The notes below the pieces were generated by a model. The model saw only the letters and a list, made by a program, of their open reading frames with translations, was not told the DNA's origin and ran no database searches. A stretch of DNA of 62,483 nt, counting the filler, from a bacterium (GTDB taxonomy: Bacteria > JALSQH01): the NCBI GenBank assembly GCA_027004335.1. It is 9 parts of 9 records of this genome, joined end to end, with 100 filler letters (N's around TTAATTAATTAA, not from the genome) between each part and the next. Parts side by side here need not be neighbours in the genome. Positions count along the whole stretch, not along the records: positions 1 to 3,768 come from JALTID010000098.1; positions 3,869 to 7,631 come from JALTID010000099.1; positions 7,732 to 11,443 come from JALTID010000100.1; 6 more parts are not named here. One strand, given 5' to 3'. Within the stretch, counting starts at the first letter, position 1, and each line of letters begins with the position of its first letter. This document shows positions 1 to 8,559 of the stretch, piece by piece. The translations under genes were made by a program, and so were the position numbers.

Positions 1-1089
1 AGTAGAGCTGCTATAGCCGCTGGCTGCAGATTTTATGCTGGGTATCCGATTACTCCATCTTCAGAAATTGCGGAGACAATGGCTACTTTTTTACCAAAGG
101 TTAATGGGAAATTTATCCAGATGGAGGATGAATTGGGCAGTATGGCAGCAGCGGTAGGAGCATCTCTTGCAGGATTAAAAAGTATGACAGCTACAAGTGG
201 CCCTGGTTTTTCACTAAAACAGGAGAATCTGGGTTTTGCCGCGATGGTTGAAGCACCGGTGGTAATTGTTAATGTTATGAGAGGTGGCCCTTCAACAGGT
301 TTACCCACCTTTCCCTCTCAAGGAGATGTGATGCAGGCTGTCTGGGGTACCCATGGAGACCATTCAGTTGTGGTAATAACTCCCGGGACTCTTGAAGAGA
401 TATATATGGAAACAGTCAGAGCCTTCAATGCTGCAGAAAAATTGAGAACTCCTGTTGTTCTCCTCCTTGATGAAATAATAGGTCACATGAATGGTGATGT
501 AATGGTTCCTGATGATGATGAATTAGAGATTATTGAGAGGCCCAGGCCTACTGTCCCTCCTGAAAAGTACTTACCCTATGATGATTCTTATGGTGATGTC
601 CCCCCTATGGGAAGCTATTTTGAATATCCATTCCATACCACAGGACTTCATCATGACAAGACAGGATTTCCAACAACGAATCCTGTAAAATGCGGATCTC
701 TTGTGGAAAGAATGGTTAGGAAAATTTTTGGTAATAGGGAGTGGCTTGAGAGAAATGTTGAAGAAACAACTGAAGATGCTGAGATCCTTGTTTTCGCTTT
801 CGGTTCCACTGGACTTGCTGCTGAGGTTGCAGTTAAGTGGGCTCGTGAGCAGGGAATCAAAGCTGGTCTTTTAAGGCCGTTAACTCTCTGGCCATTTCCT
901 GAAAAGAGGGTTAAGGACCTCGCAGATAAAGCTAAAGCAGTTGTGGTTGCTGAGATGAATTTAGGAATGATGATCCGTGAGGTGGAAAGGGCTGTTCAGG
1001 GTGTAACCCCTGTTTATGGCGTATTGAAGGCCAATGGACAGCCCATTGAACCTCCAGAAATTTTAGCTAAAATCAAGGAGGTGGCATAA
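1..1089 (+). CDS. korA: 2-oxoacid:ferredoxin oxidoreductase alpha subunit (5' truncated by window)
   Basis: Frame open from base 1 (SRAAIAAGCRFYAGYPITPSSEIAE); YPITP, QMEDE, TSGPG and RGGPSTG motifs; followed by beta and gamma subunits. Confidence 0.93.
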   Translation, partial: SRAAIAAGCRFYAGYPITPSSEIAETMATFLPKVNGKFIQMEDELGSMAAAVGASLAGLKSMTATSGPGFSLKQENLGFAAMVEAPVVIVNVMRGGPSTGLPTFPSQGDVMQAVWGTHGDHSVVVITPGTLEEIYMETVRAFNAAEKLRTPVVLLLDEIIGHMNGDVMVPDDDELEIIERPRPTVPPEKYLPYDDSYGDVPPMGSYFEYPFHTTGLHHDKTGFPTTNPVKCGSLVERMVRKIFGNREWLERNVEETTEDAEILVFAFGSTGLAAEVAVKWAREQGIKAGLLRPLTLWPFPEKRVKDLADKAKAVVVAEMNLGMMIREVERAVQGVTPVYGVLKANGQPIEPPEILAKIKEVA

Positions 1090-1090
1090 A

Positions 1091-1912
1091 ATGGCTTTTG
1101 ATTATACTCCATACATTAGAAAGGATAAGTTCCCCAACATATGGTGTCCAGGTTGTGGCATCGGTATTCTTATGAAGGCCATTATAAGAGCTGTTCACAA
1201 GATGGGCTGGAAGAGAGAGGATGTTGCTCTTGTATCAGGTATCGGTTGTACTTCCAGAATGCCAGGTTATGTAAATTTCAACACCCTCCATACTACTCAT
1301 GGTAGAGCTCTTGCCTTTGCCACAGGGATTAAACATGCAAGACCAGATAAGCATGTTATCGTTGTAAGTGGTGACGGTGATGCTCTTGCGATTGGTGGTA
1401 ACCACTTCGTTCATGCATGCAGGCGGAATATTGATATTACTTTGATGGTTCTCAATAATATGATTTATGGGATGACTGGTGGTCAGGTTTCTCCTACGAC
1501 TCCTGCTGGTTACAGAGCCTCCACGATGCCCTACGGTAATGTTGAGCCCAATTTTGATACTGTTGCCCTTGCTTCTGGAGCTGGTGCAACATTTGTGGCG
1601 AGGTCAACTGTGAACAATCCTGCCTTAATGGAAAGGCAGATTAAAGAAGGTCTTCAGAATAAAGGGTTCTCGGTGATAGAGGTTGTTTCCAACTGTCATA
1701 TTCAATTTGGGAGAAGGAACAAAATGGGGGACCAGATTGTAATGAGACACTGGATTAAGGATAGAGAAGTTCCTTTGAGAAAAGCTAAGGATATGAGTGA
1801 AGAGGAGTTGCAGGGTAAGTTTGTTATTGGTACCTTTGTTAAGAAGACAAGGCCCGAGTATACTGAGGAATATGCTAAGATGGTAGAAAGGGTGAAAGGG
1901 TCCAGCAAGTAA
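1091..1912 (+). CDS. korB: 2-oxoacid:ferredoxin oxidoreductase beta subunit (TPP-binding)
   Basis: WCPGCG, SGIGC, HGRA, GDGD...NN..YGMTGGQ motifs. Confidence 0.95.
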   Translation: MAFDYTPYIRKDKFPNIWCPGCGIGILMKAIIRAVHKMGWKREDVALVSGIGCTSRMPGYVNFNTLHTTHGRALAFATGIKHARPDKHVIVVSGDGDALAIGGNHFVHACRRNIDITLMVLNNMIYGMTGGQVSPTTPAGYRASTMPYGNVEPNFDTVALASGAGATFVARSTVNNPALMERQIKEGLQNKGFSVIEVVSNCHIQFGRRNKMGDQIVMRHWIKDREVPLRKAKDMSEEELQGKFVIGTFVKKTRPEYTEEYAKMVERVKGSSK

Positions 1913-1933
1913 AAAAGAGAAAGGAGCGAGACA

Positions 1934-2479
1934 ATGCATTTGGAATACAGATTCGCAGGTGTTGGTGGCCAGGGAGCTATTTTAGCCGGGGTCATTTTTG
2001 CTAATGCAATGATAAGATATGAAGGGAAGCATGCAGTTCAGAGCCCATCTTACACAGCTGCTGTTAGAGGTGGCCCCACCAAAGTTGATGTTATTGTTGA
2101 TGATGACCGCATCATTTTCCCCAGAGCAACAAATATTAATGTCATGCTTTCCTTCCATGAGAAATCTTTTCATGCTTTTGCAGTGAATCTTGCAAAGGAT
2201 GTTATGATCGTTGCTGATACTGATCTGAATCCAGGTCTTAAACCGGATGAGAAAACCTATCTTATTCCCTTTTACAGGATTGCAAAAGAAGTTATGGGTA
2301 AAGTCCAGGTTGCTAATGTAATAGCATTGGGTGCTATTTATGCAGTGACGGGTATTCCCAAGGAGGACTCTATTAGAAACGCTATCAGGGACAGAGTTCC
2401 TCCTGCTTTTGTTGACCTGAATATGAAAGCATTTGATGAAGGGATAAAGAGGATAGAAGAATTGCTTAAAAAAAGGTGA
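1934..2479 (+). CDS. korC: 2-oxoacid:ferredoxin oxidoreductase gamma subunit
   Basis: AGVGGQG, Y...VRGG, NVIALGA, LNMKAFDEG; AAGGAG RBS. Confidence 0.92.
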   Translation: MHLEYRFAGVGGQGAILAGVIFANAMIRYEGKHAVQSPSYTAAVRGGPTKVDVIVDDDRIIFPRATNINVMLSFHEKSFHAFAVNLAKDVMIVADTDLNPGLKPDEKTYLIPFYRIAKEVMGKVQVANVIALGAIYAVTGIPKEDSIRNAIRDRVPPAFVDLNMKAFDEGIKRIEELLKKR

Positions 2480-2491
2480 AAAGGAGTTCAG

Positions 2492-2923
2492 ATGGCAATA
2501 GAAAGAACTCTTAGTATAATTAAACCGGATGGTGTTGAAAAAGATGTAATAGGTGAAATAATTAGCAGGTTTGAGAAGGCTGACCTGCATGTTGCTGCTA
2601 TGAAAATGATCCATATGAGTAAAGAGCAGGCTGAGGGTTTTTATTATGTTCATAAGGATAAGCCGTTTTTTAACAGCCTTGTTGAGTTTATGACTTCTGG
2701 TCCATGTGTGGTAATGGTGATAGAAGGTGAGGATGCTATTTCGCGAGTGAGAGAATTGATGGGAGCTACTGACCCTTCCAAAGCAGCACCTGGTACGATT
2801 CGGCATGATTTTGCAACAGATATTGAAAAAAATACTATTCATGGATCTGATGGACCAGAGGCAGCTTCTTTTGAGGTTCCTTACTTTTTTAGCAAGATAG
2901 AGATGGTGAATTCTGAGGAGTAG
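2492..2923 (+). CDS. ndk: Nucleoside diphosphate kinase
   Basis: [21 protein letters not shown] active-site motif. Confidence 0.98.
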   Translation: MAIERTLSIIKPDGVEKDVIGEIISRFEKADLHVAAMKMIHMSKEQAEGFYYVHKDKPFFNSLVEFMTSGPCVVMVIEGEDAISRVRELMGATDPSKAAPGTIRHDFATDIEKNTIHGSDGPEAASFEVPYFFSKIEMVNSEE

Positions 2924-2927
2924 GAAG

Positions 2928-2951
2928 AGGGGTATATTTCCCCCTTTATTT
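2928..2951 (+). terminator. Possible intrinsic terminator after ndk
   Basis: AGGGG-N8-CCCCT hairpin followed by a T-rich tract. Confidence 0.45.
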
Positions 2952-3012
2952 CTTCAAAATCATTTCTGAGAAACTTTACATTTTTTCCCTGATTCTATAA
3001 ACTATAAAGGCT

Positions 3013-3570
3013 ATGAGGAAAATTCTTCTTGTTATAATTTTTGCAAGTTTTTTTGCTGTTAGTTGTGCATCGGCGCCCTATGTACGGACCAAGGCTATTG
3101 GGAAGATCCAGAAAGGTGCGAGAGTGGGAATACTTTCTTTTTCAAATTTAACTCCCTATCCCAATGCAGGAGTTGTTCTCTCAGAAGCGTTAACTTCTCT
3201 TCTCTACAGTAGAGGCATAAATGTTCTGGGTCCCGCTGAGACAGAGAAGGTTTTTCCTGAGTACAGGATGGTAAGTTTAAACGATTTCTACAAGCTTGAT
3301 ATGGTTGGGAAGAAGTTAAAGCTTGATTTTATCATATTTGGATATGTGGAAGAATATGGTTACCGCGGGGTGGTTTTTGGAACCAGGAGTGCGCCAGTTA
3401 TCTCATTTTCCCTCTATGTGTATGATATTAAGAAGAGAGAAATAATATATACGGGCTTTTTTAACTATGAGTCTCAGTCACTTTCCTCCTTTGGGGTAGA
3501 CCCCCTTATAACTTTACTCAAGGAAATTACTAAATGGGTTACAAAAGATTTTTGGAAAAAATTGCTTTAA
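3013..3570 (+). CDS. Lipoprotein, PelC/DUF799-like
   Basis: Lipobox FAVSC; ILSFSNLTPYPNAG and DFIIFGYVEEYGY...PVISFSL pattern recalls PelC. Confidence 0.6.
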   Translation: MRKILLVIIFASFFAVSCASAPYVRTKAIGKIQKGARVGILSFSNLTPYPNAGVVLSEALTSLLYSRGINVLGPAETEKVFPEYRMVSLNDFYKLDMVGKKLKLDFIIFGYVEEYGYRGVVFGTRSAPVISFSLYVYDIKKREIIYTGFFNYESQSLSSFGVDPLITLLKEITKWVTKDFWKKLL

Positions 3571-3768
3571 TACTTCCTCTTTTTCTTTTTTCTGCTCTTT
3601 CATGTATATCAAAGCCATATGAGATTGTCTCACCTTTTGGGAAAATTTCTCCAAAGGTAAAATGTGTTGGGGTTTATCCTTTTAGAAATTTGAGTTCAAC
3701 ATCAAAGAGTGGATTAGTGGTTTCTCAGGCTTTTTTTGATGAAATGGAGAGAAGAAGATGGAAAGTAG
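3534..3768 (+). CDS. Second PelC/DUF799-like lipoprotein (3' truncated at contig end)
   Basis: Lipobox ALSC; VGVYPFRNLSSTSKSG parallels the preceding gene. Confidence 0.55.
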
Positions 3769-3868
3769 NNNNNNNNNNNNNNNNNNNNNNNNNNNNNNNN
3801 NNNNNNNNNNNNTTAATTAATTAANNNNNNNNNNNNNNNNNNNNNNNNNNNNNNNNNNNNNNNNNNNN
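3769..3868. other. Artificial contig spacer
   Basis: 44 N + TTAATTAATTAA + 44 N. Confidence 0.99.
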
Positions 3869-4786
3869 CCATTTATTTATGGAAATGGTCCCAACCCAGA
3901 TATGATGTTGACCACAAGGTATCCTGCTGTGGATCCTCTCTATGATACAAAGGATTATCCTGATTTTACTATGATGTTTATGGAAAAGGCGGGTAAGATT
4001 GATGAATTCTTCGTTGCCATGGAAAAATTGTTTGGGTTGCCTGCTGCTCATTACAAAAAAGTTGTTCTTGATACTGTAAGACAGGGTGGGACCTATACTT
4101 TTGGCTTCAGAAAAGCTACTGAAATGCTCATGGAGAGGAAGTTCCCCGGCATTATGGAAAAAATAAAGAAAAACGGAGTTGCCCTTATTGAGAAGAGAGA
4201 AAAATTTCTCGTAGAAACTCCTATCTTCTGGAAACTCCCTGCCCCTACACCTTCTGGAAGGGTTGAATTTTATAGCTACATGATGGCTATGATGGTACAG
4301 AAGTTCGGATACAATGATTACTGGGATCCAACAATAAAATATATTGCGTCAGAAATTTCGCAGAAGAAATTGACTGAAAATGAGTTTTACTTCATATATG
4401 GTAAAATTCCAACTGAATCCCATGCATCTGCTGCTACTCAGGATAACAGGGTCTTGAGTTTTGTCAATAACTTGATAAATCCAATGGAAAGGTATGGTCT
4501 CTGGATAAACAAAAAGAGGGCAATAAATTTAGGAATTAAAACAGGTGATCTGCTTGAAGTTACCAATACCAAGTCTGGCCAGAAAGTTAAGATCCAGGCT
4601 TATGTGACAGAAGGGGTAAGACCTGATACAGTGTTTATGCCATCAAGCTTTGGTGCTGAGTCACCAATGCTCAAAGTTGCAAGTGGAGTAGGGGCACCTT
4701 TAAGCGAAATCGTAAGTTATGATCTTGAGCCGATTGCAGCAGGATTTAAATCACAGGAGTTTACAGTTAAGATAAAGAAAATTTAA
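3869..4786 (+). CDS. Molybdopterin oxidoreductase catalytic subunit, PsrA/PhsA/SreA-like (C-terminal part only)
   Basis: Frame open from contig edge; TPSGRVEFYS; C-terminal molybdopterin-dinucleotide domain (LWIN..RA..LGIKTGD...AYVTEGVRPDTVFMPSSFG). Confidence 0.85.
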   Translation, partial: PFIYGNGPNPDMMLTTRYPAVDPLYDTKDYPDFTMMFMEKAGKIDEFFVAMEKLFGLPAAHYKKVVLDTVRQGGTYTFGFRKATEMLMERKFPGIMEKIKKNGVALIEKREKFLVETPIFWKLPAPTPSGRVEFYSYMMAMMVQKFGYNDYWDPTIKYIASEISQKKLTENEFYFIYGKIPTESHASAATQDNRVLSFVNNLINPMERYGLWINKKRAINLGIKTGDLLEVTNTKSGQKVKIQAYVTEGVRPDTVFMPSSFGAESPMLKVASGVGAPLSEIVSYDLEPIAAGFKSQEFTVKIKKI

Positions 4787-4798
4787 CAAAGGAGTTAG

Positions 4799-5626
4799 AT
4801 GATGGCTCGCTATGGAATGATAATAGACGCTACCACATGTCTTGGGTGCAATGCCTGTACAGTGGCCTGTATTGAAGAGAATCAAACTGCTTACTGGAAT
4901 GACACGGTAAGGACCCGGGTTTATGAAAAAGAAGTTGGAACCTATCCTGATACTGATAAAATTTTCCAGTCCCAGATCTGCGTTCATTGTGACGATCCAC
5001 CCTGTGTGGATGTTTGTCCTACAGGTGCAAGCCACATAGGTCCAGGTGGAGTTGTTCTTGTTGATTATGAAAAATGTATCCTTTGTGGCGCATGTGTTGA
5101 AGTTTGTCCTTACGATGCCAGATATTTTTATACACCAAAAGATGTTGAGAGAGCCAAGAAAGAATTTGGCCCTGATACAGAGCACTTTGTTCCTCATGTT
5201 GATAAATGTACGCTATGTATACACAGAGTGGAACAGGGGCTTGAGCCTGCATGTGTCGCAACATGTGTTGGTGAATCAAGGATCTTTGTGGATTGGGACA
5301 ATCTAACACCGGAACAGGAGGAACTTGCTAAAAAAGCTCAACCACTATTTACCGGGAAGGATTACAACAACCTATTTAGACCTGATTTTGATCCCAAGCC
5401 CAAGATACAGTACATCCTTGACAAAGAAAACATTGTTCCGAAGAAAAAGGTTGGTGCTGGTGTTTGGTTATGGCACTATCTTGCCAAACCAATTGGGCTT
5501 CTTTCCATAGTTGGGATTCTTGGTGTTCTTGGACTTAATTATGTGATTACCAAGCCCCAGGTTAAGAAAATCAAGAAAGAGCTTGAAGAAGAAACCAAAC
5601 AGGCAGAGGAAAATAAGGAGGAATAA
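4799..5626 (+). CDS. 4Fe-4S electron-transfer subunit (DmsB/PsrB/FdnH family) with C-terminal TM anchor
   Basis: CLGCNAC..AC, CVHCDDPPCVDVCPTGA, CILCGACVEVCPY, KCTLC...PACVATC; hydrophobic C-terminal helix. Confidence 0.93.
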   Translation: MMARYGMIIDATTCLGCNACTVACIEENQTAYWNDTVRTRVYEKEVGTYPDTDKIFQSQICVHCDDPPCVDVCPTGASHIGPGGVVLVDYEKCILCGACVEVCPYDARYFYTPKDVERAKKEFGPDTEHFVPHVDKCTLCIHRVEQGLEPACVATCVGESRIFVDWDNLTPEQEELAKKAQPLFTGKDYNNLFRPDFDPKPKIQYILDKENIVPKKKVGAGVWLWHYLAKPIGLLSIVGILGVLGLNYVITKPQVKKIKKELEEETKQAEENKEE

Positions 5627-5627
5627 A

Positions 5628-6320
5628 ATGAGTGAGAAATATGTTGTCAGATTTTCTCTCTGGACAAGGATTGTTCACTGGGTCCATGTCTTTGTTTTTC
5701 TGGGATTGATATATACAGGTCTTGCATATTTTATTCCTCAATTTGGGATCCTTGCTGCTCCTTTTGGTGGTGTGAAAAATGACCTGAGTATCCATATCGT
5801 GTTAGGTGTTCTCTTTGTTATACTTCCTATTCTTTCTCTTTTTACTCCATACCCATATACTGGATTGATAAAAGCTTTTAAGTGGGACAAAGATGACAAC
5901 AACTGGATGCTTATTTTCCCCAAATTTTTCTTTTTCCCCGCCAAGTATTTTAAAGACCTGATTTCTGTTCCTCAGAATAAATTTAAAGCTGGTCAGAAAA
6001 GTAATGTCTGGCTTGTTATAATTTTTGGATTGACTTCAGCAATAACTGGATTCTGGATGGTTTATCTTAGAGGCCTCCATAATCCTGCTGATCTTGATTT
6101 AAAATTCTGGCTCCAACTGATCCATAGTTTGTCCGGGACAATCTCATTTTCAATTATTCTTGGTCACATATATCTCGCAATTATTTTTCCTCCTTTCCAG
6201 ATGCATGGTTTTGCCCTGTGGAACATGGTTACAGGATTACAGCCAGCAGAGGAGGCGGAACAGTTTCATAGAAAATTCTTTGAAGATGCTACGAAAGAGG
6301 GAAAAGTGGTGGAGAAATGA
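5628..6320 (+). CDS. Di-heme cytochrome b membrane subunit, FdnI/PhsC-type
   Basis: Four TM helices with His ligands (RIVHW, SIHIV, LIHSL, GHIY); KFKAGQK resembles FdnI KYNAGQK; AAGGAGG RBS before ATG 5628. Confidence 0.88.
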   Translation: MSEKYVVRFSLWTRIVHWVHVFVFLGLIYTGLAYFIPQFGILAAPFGGVKNDLSIHIVLGVLFVILPILSLFTPYPYTGLIKAFKWDKDDNNWMLIFPKFFFFPAKYFKDLISVPQNKFKAGQKSNVWLVIIFGLTSAITGFWMVYLRGLHNPADLDLKFWLQLIHSLSGTISFSIILGHIYLAIIFPPFQMHGFALWNMVTGLQPAEEAEQFHRKFFEDATKEGKVVEK

Positions 6321-6883
6321 CTTCGGTTTCGCTTTCTCCAGAAGATAGAGCCCGGGTATATCTCTGGTTTGCCCGGGCTTTTTCATATCCAGATGAAGAA
6401 AGATTTGATGAGATGAAAGCCCTCTCTGAGATTCTGCCAGGTGATTTAAGTGAAAAGTTTATCCAGTGGATAGAGGAACTTGAGGAACAGAATTTCCAGG
6501 ATATTGAGGCTGATTATGTAACACTCTTTATTTCGGGATTTCCCAGAACTGTGGCTCCTCCCTATGAGTCTGTGTATAAGGATGAAGGTCTTGTAATGGG
6601 GCCTTCCACAGAGGAAGTAATTGAATATTACTCAAAATATGGCCTTGAACCGGCTGAAGAGAGCAGTCTGCCTGATTCATTACCAATTGAGCTTGAATTT
6701 ATGGGTTTTCTTCTTCAGAATTACCCTGATGAAAATGACACGAGTAATTTTTTCAAAGAGCATCTGATTAGCTGGGCTTACGACTTTATTGAAAAAGTGG
6801 TGAATTCTGAGTATCCTATTTATAAGGGGCTTGCTGGACTTTTGAAGAATTTCCTGAAAGAAGAGGAAGAAATCTTCTCCTGA
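6317..6883 (+). CDS. TorD/DmsD-family molybdoenzyme maturation chaperone
   Basis: DYVTLF, PPYESVY, PDSLPIELEFM, FFKEHL..W motifs. Confidence 0.92.
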   Translation: MTSVSLSPEDRARVYLWFARAFSYPDEERFDEMKALSEILPGDLSEKFIQWIEELEEQNFQDIEADYVTLFISGFPRTVAPPYESVYKDEGLVMGPSTEEVIEYYSKYGLEPAEESSLPDSLPIELEFMGFLLQNYPDENDTSNFFKEHLISWAYDFIEKVVNSEYPIYKGLAGLLKNFLKEEEEIFS

Positions 6884-6960
6884 ATCCTTATCCTTTACTT
6901 TGGTTTCAGTAAAAATTTCCAGAAGAAGAAATGAAAGATATTGAAATAAGAATATAAAAA

Positions 6961-7037
6961 TGGTCGCGGGGGGAGGATTTGAACCTCCGACCTCCGGGTT
7001 ATGAGCCCGACGGGCTACCAGGCTGCCCTACCCCGCT
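6961..7037 (-). tRNA. tRNA-fMet (CAT), initiator type
   Basis: Cloverleaf AGCGGGG TA GGGC..GCCC G TCGGG CTCATAA CCCGG AGGTC GGAGG TTCAAAT CCTCC CCCCGCG ACCA; three consecutive G-C pairs in anticodon stem, unpaired 1:72, encoded CCA. Confidence 0.97.
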
Positions 7038-7044
7038 AAATACC

Positions 7045-7072
7045 ATTATATATGCACTATAGGGTTTGTCAA
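7045..7072 (-). promoter_or_regulatory. sigma70 promoter of tRNA-fMet
   Basis: Consensus TTGACA-N16-TATAAT on minus strand, 7 bp upstream of the tRNA. Confidence 0.8.
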
Positions 7073-7114
7073 GAAGTAAAAAATGAACTTTTTGACAAAA
7101 TTGTCTAAAAATGC

Positions 7115-7142
7115 TTGAAAATAAGGTATGATTTAGTATAAT
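7115..7142 (+). promoter_or_regulatory. Probable sigma70 promoter of the 7170 ORF
   Basis: TTGAAA-N16-TATAAT followed by GAGGAGG RBS. Confidence 0.6.
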
Positions 7143-7169
7143 AAAGAAAAACTTGAGGAGGGAAATGAT

Positions 7170-7631
7170 ATGAAAAGGAAGGTGAAGAGGAAAGCGTACG
7201 AGATCAAATTTCCCGGTTCCAGGGAACTTTTTCTATTTGCCAGGAAAATTGCCCTTTATGAGTTAAAGAGAGAGGAAAGCCTTGGTGATAGTGAGATTAG
7301 CGAGGAATTCATCAAGGATATAGAAATTGGAAGACTTATAGATTATGACTATAAATATACTCATCAGTGGAAATTTGGTAAAAAGAAAGTTCATGATATA
7401 GGTGAGTTAAAAAGTCTTGCAGAGAATCTTGGTGTTTCTCTTAATCTTGTAGCAAGTGTTGCCCTCGGTGAGCTTAATTCAGAAGAGGCTTTTCAGGTTT
7501 TCCTTGATGAAACTGAGGGGAAATTTAAAGTTCACACCTTGGAATCTGTTGGTAAGAGCGGAAAAGCTGTTATTAAACTTTTCTTTAAAAAAAGCGATGA
7601 AACCTCTTCCGAGTGTATTGAGAAGGTTGAA
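7170..7631 (+). CDS. Hypothetical protein with Xre-like HTH region (3' truncated)
   Basis: Strong RBS; EIGRLIDYDYKYTHQWKFGKK...LKSLAENLGVS resembles an Xre HTH. Confidence 0.55.
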
Positions 7632-7731
7632 NNNNNNNNNNNNNNNNNNNNNNNNNNNNNNNNNNNNNNNNNNNNTTAATTAATTAANNNNNNNNNNNNN
7701 NNNNNNNNNNNNNNNNNNNNNNNNNNNNNNN
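7632..7731. other. Artificial contig spacer
   Basis: 44 N + TTAATTAATTAA + 44 N. Confidence 0.99.
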
Positions 7732-7732
7732 A

Positions 7733-8557
7733 CTAATTATTTTCCCGGAAAAAATAAACTTAGCAGCAATCTATGACAAATTAAAACATCTCTACAAGGG
7801 TAGAAATTTTCCACTTTTTATGAATTTTACCTTCAATATGTGGATACATCCATGGAGAATGTTTTATGAGCTATCAAAGCTTTATTCTGTTGACTCAGCA
7901 TATTATATTGCAGAGGATGGAATTGTAAGAATGGGCTTTTCCTGGGAAAAGATTATGATTGAACCACCTAATCCTTCGGCAAATTTAGAAGCAATAATTG
8001 ATTTTGAATTAAAAGAAAGCAAAGATATCAAAGTAATTAACAAGATCAATGAAACAGGCAACTTTAAAGAAAGAGCAAGCTATGTTTTGAAAGCAAGAAA
8101 AATTCATACACTCCTCATAACTAATTATCAGGAGAAATACGATTTATTCTTTAACGGCAAATTGGTAAAGGGAGTCTTTAAACCTGATAAAATTGTTGAA
8201 AGTCAGATAGGCACTCTCTTACTCCCCACTTTTTACCCTGTAGGAGAGGTTTATTCATCAGAATCTATGAAAAAATCCGTCACTTATAATGTAGCTGCAG
8301 GTAGGGAGAAATGGCATATTTTTTCCATAATAGGTAATGAGGGAAAAATAATAAACGGATCAACTCAGCTTTCCCTCACTATCAATAGAAGCAAAGCAAA
8401 TTACTCCACCAGAACACTAACCAGAGGTGATGATTTTGAAGAAGTATGGAGAAATCTTATTGGTCAGGGAAAGCAACTATTCCATTCCATTTTCGGCAGG
8501 AGAAAACTTTATGGAATATTTACCCCCGCAGGGGAAGAAATAAAAATCCTTAAGTAA
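7733..8557 (+). CDS. Hypothetical protein (5' truncated)
   Basis: Frame open from contig edge to TAA 8557; no motif recognised. Confidence 0.65.
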   Translation, partial: LIIFPEKINLAAIYDKLKHLYKGRNFPLFMNFTFNMWIHPWRMFYELSKLYSVDSAYYIAEDGIVRMGFSWEKIMIEPPNPSANLEAIIDFELKESKDIKVINKINETGNFKERASYVLKARKIHTLLITNYQEKYDLFFNGKLVKGVFKPDKIVESQIGTLLLPTFYPVGEVYSSESMKKSVTYNVAAGREKWHIFSIIGNEGKIINGSTQLSLTINRSKANYSTRTLTRGDDFEEVWRNLIGQGKQLFHSIFGRRKLYGIFTPAGEEIKILK

Positions 8558-8559
8558 CT

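Noticed and set aside
1982..2842. 286-aa antisense ORF and the many other short overlapping ORFs in the track
   Set aside because: They are shadows of well-supported genes on the opposite strand or frame, with no RBS or motifs.
3813..3824. Recurring TTAATTAATTAA as a biological repeat or CRISPR
   Set aside because: Always centred in N44 flanks; it is an artificial six-frame-stop linker.
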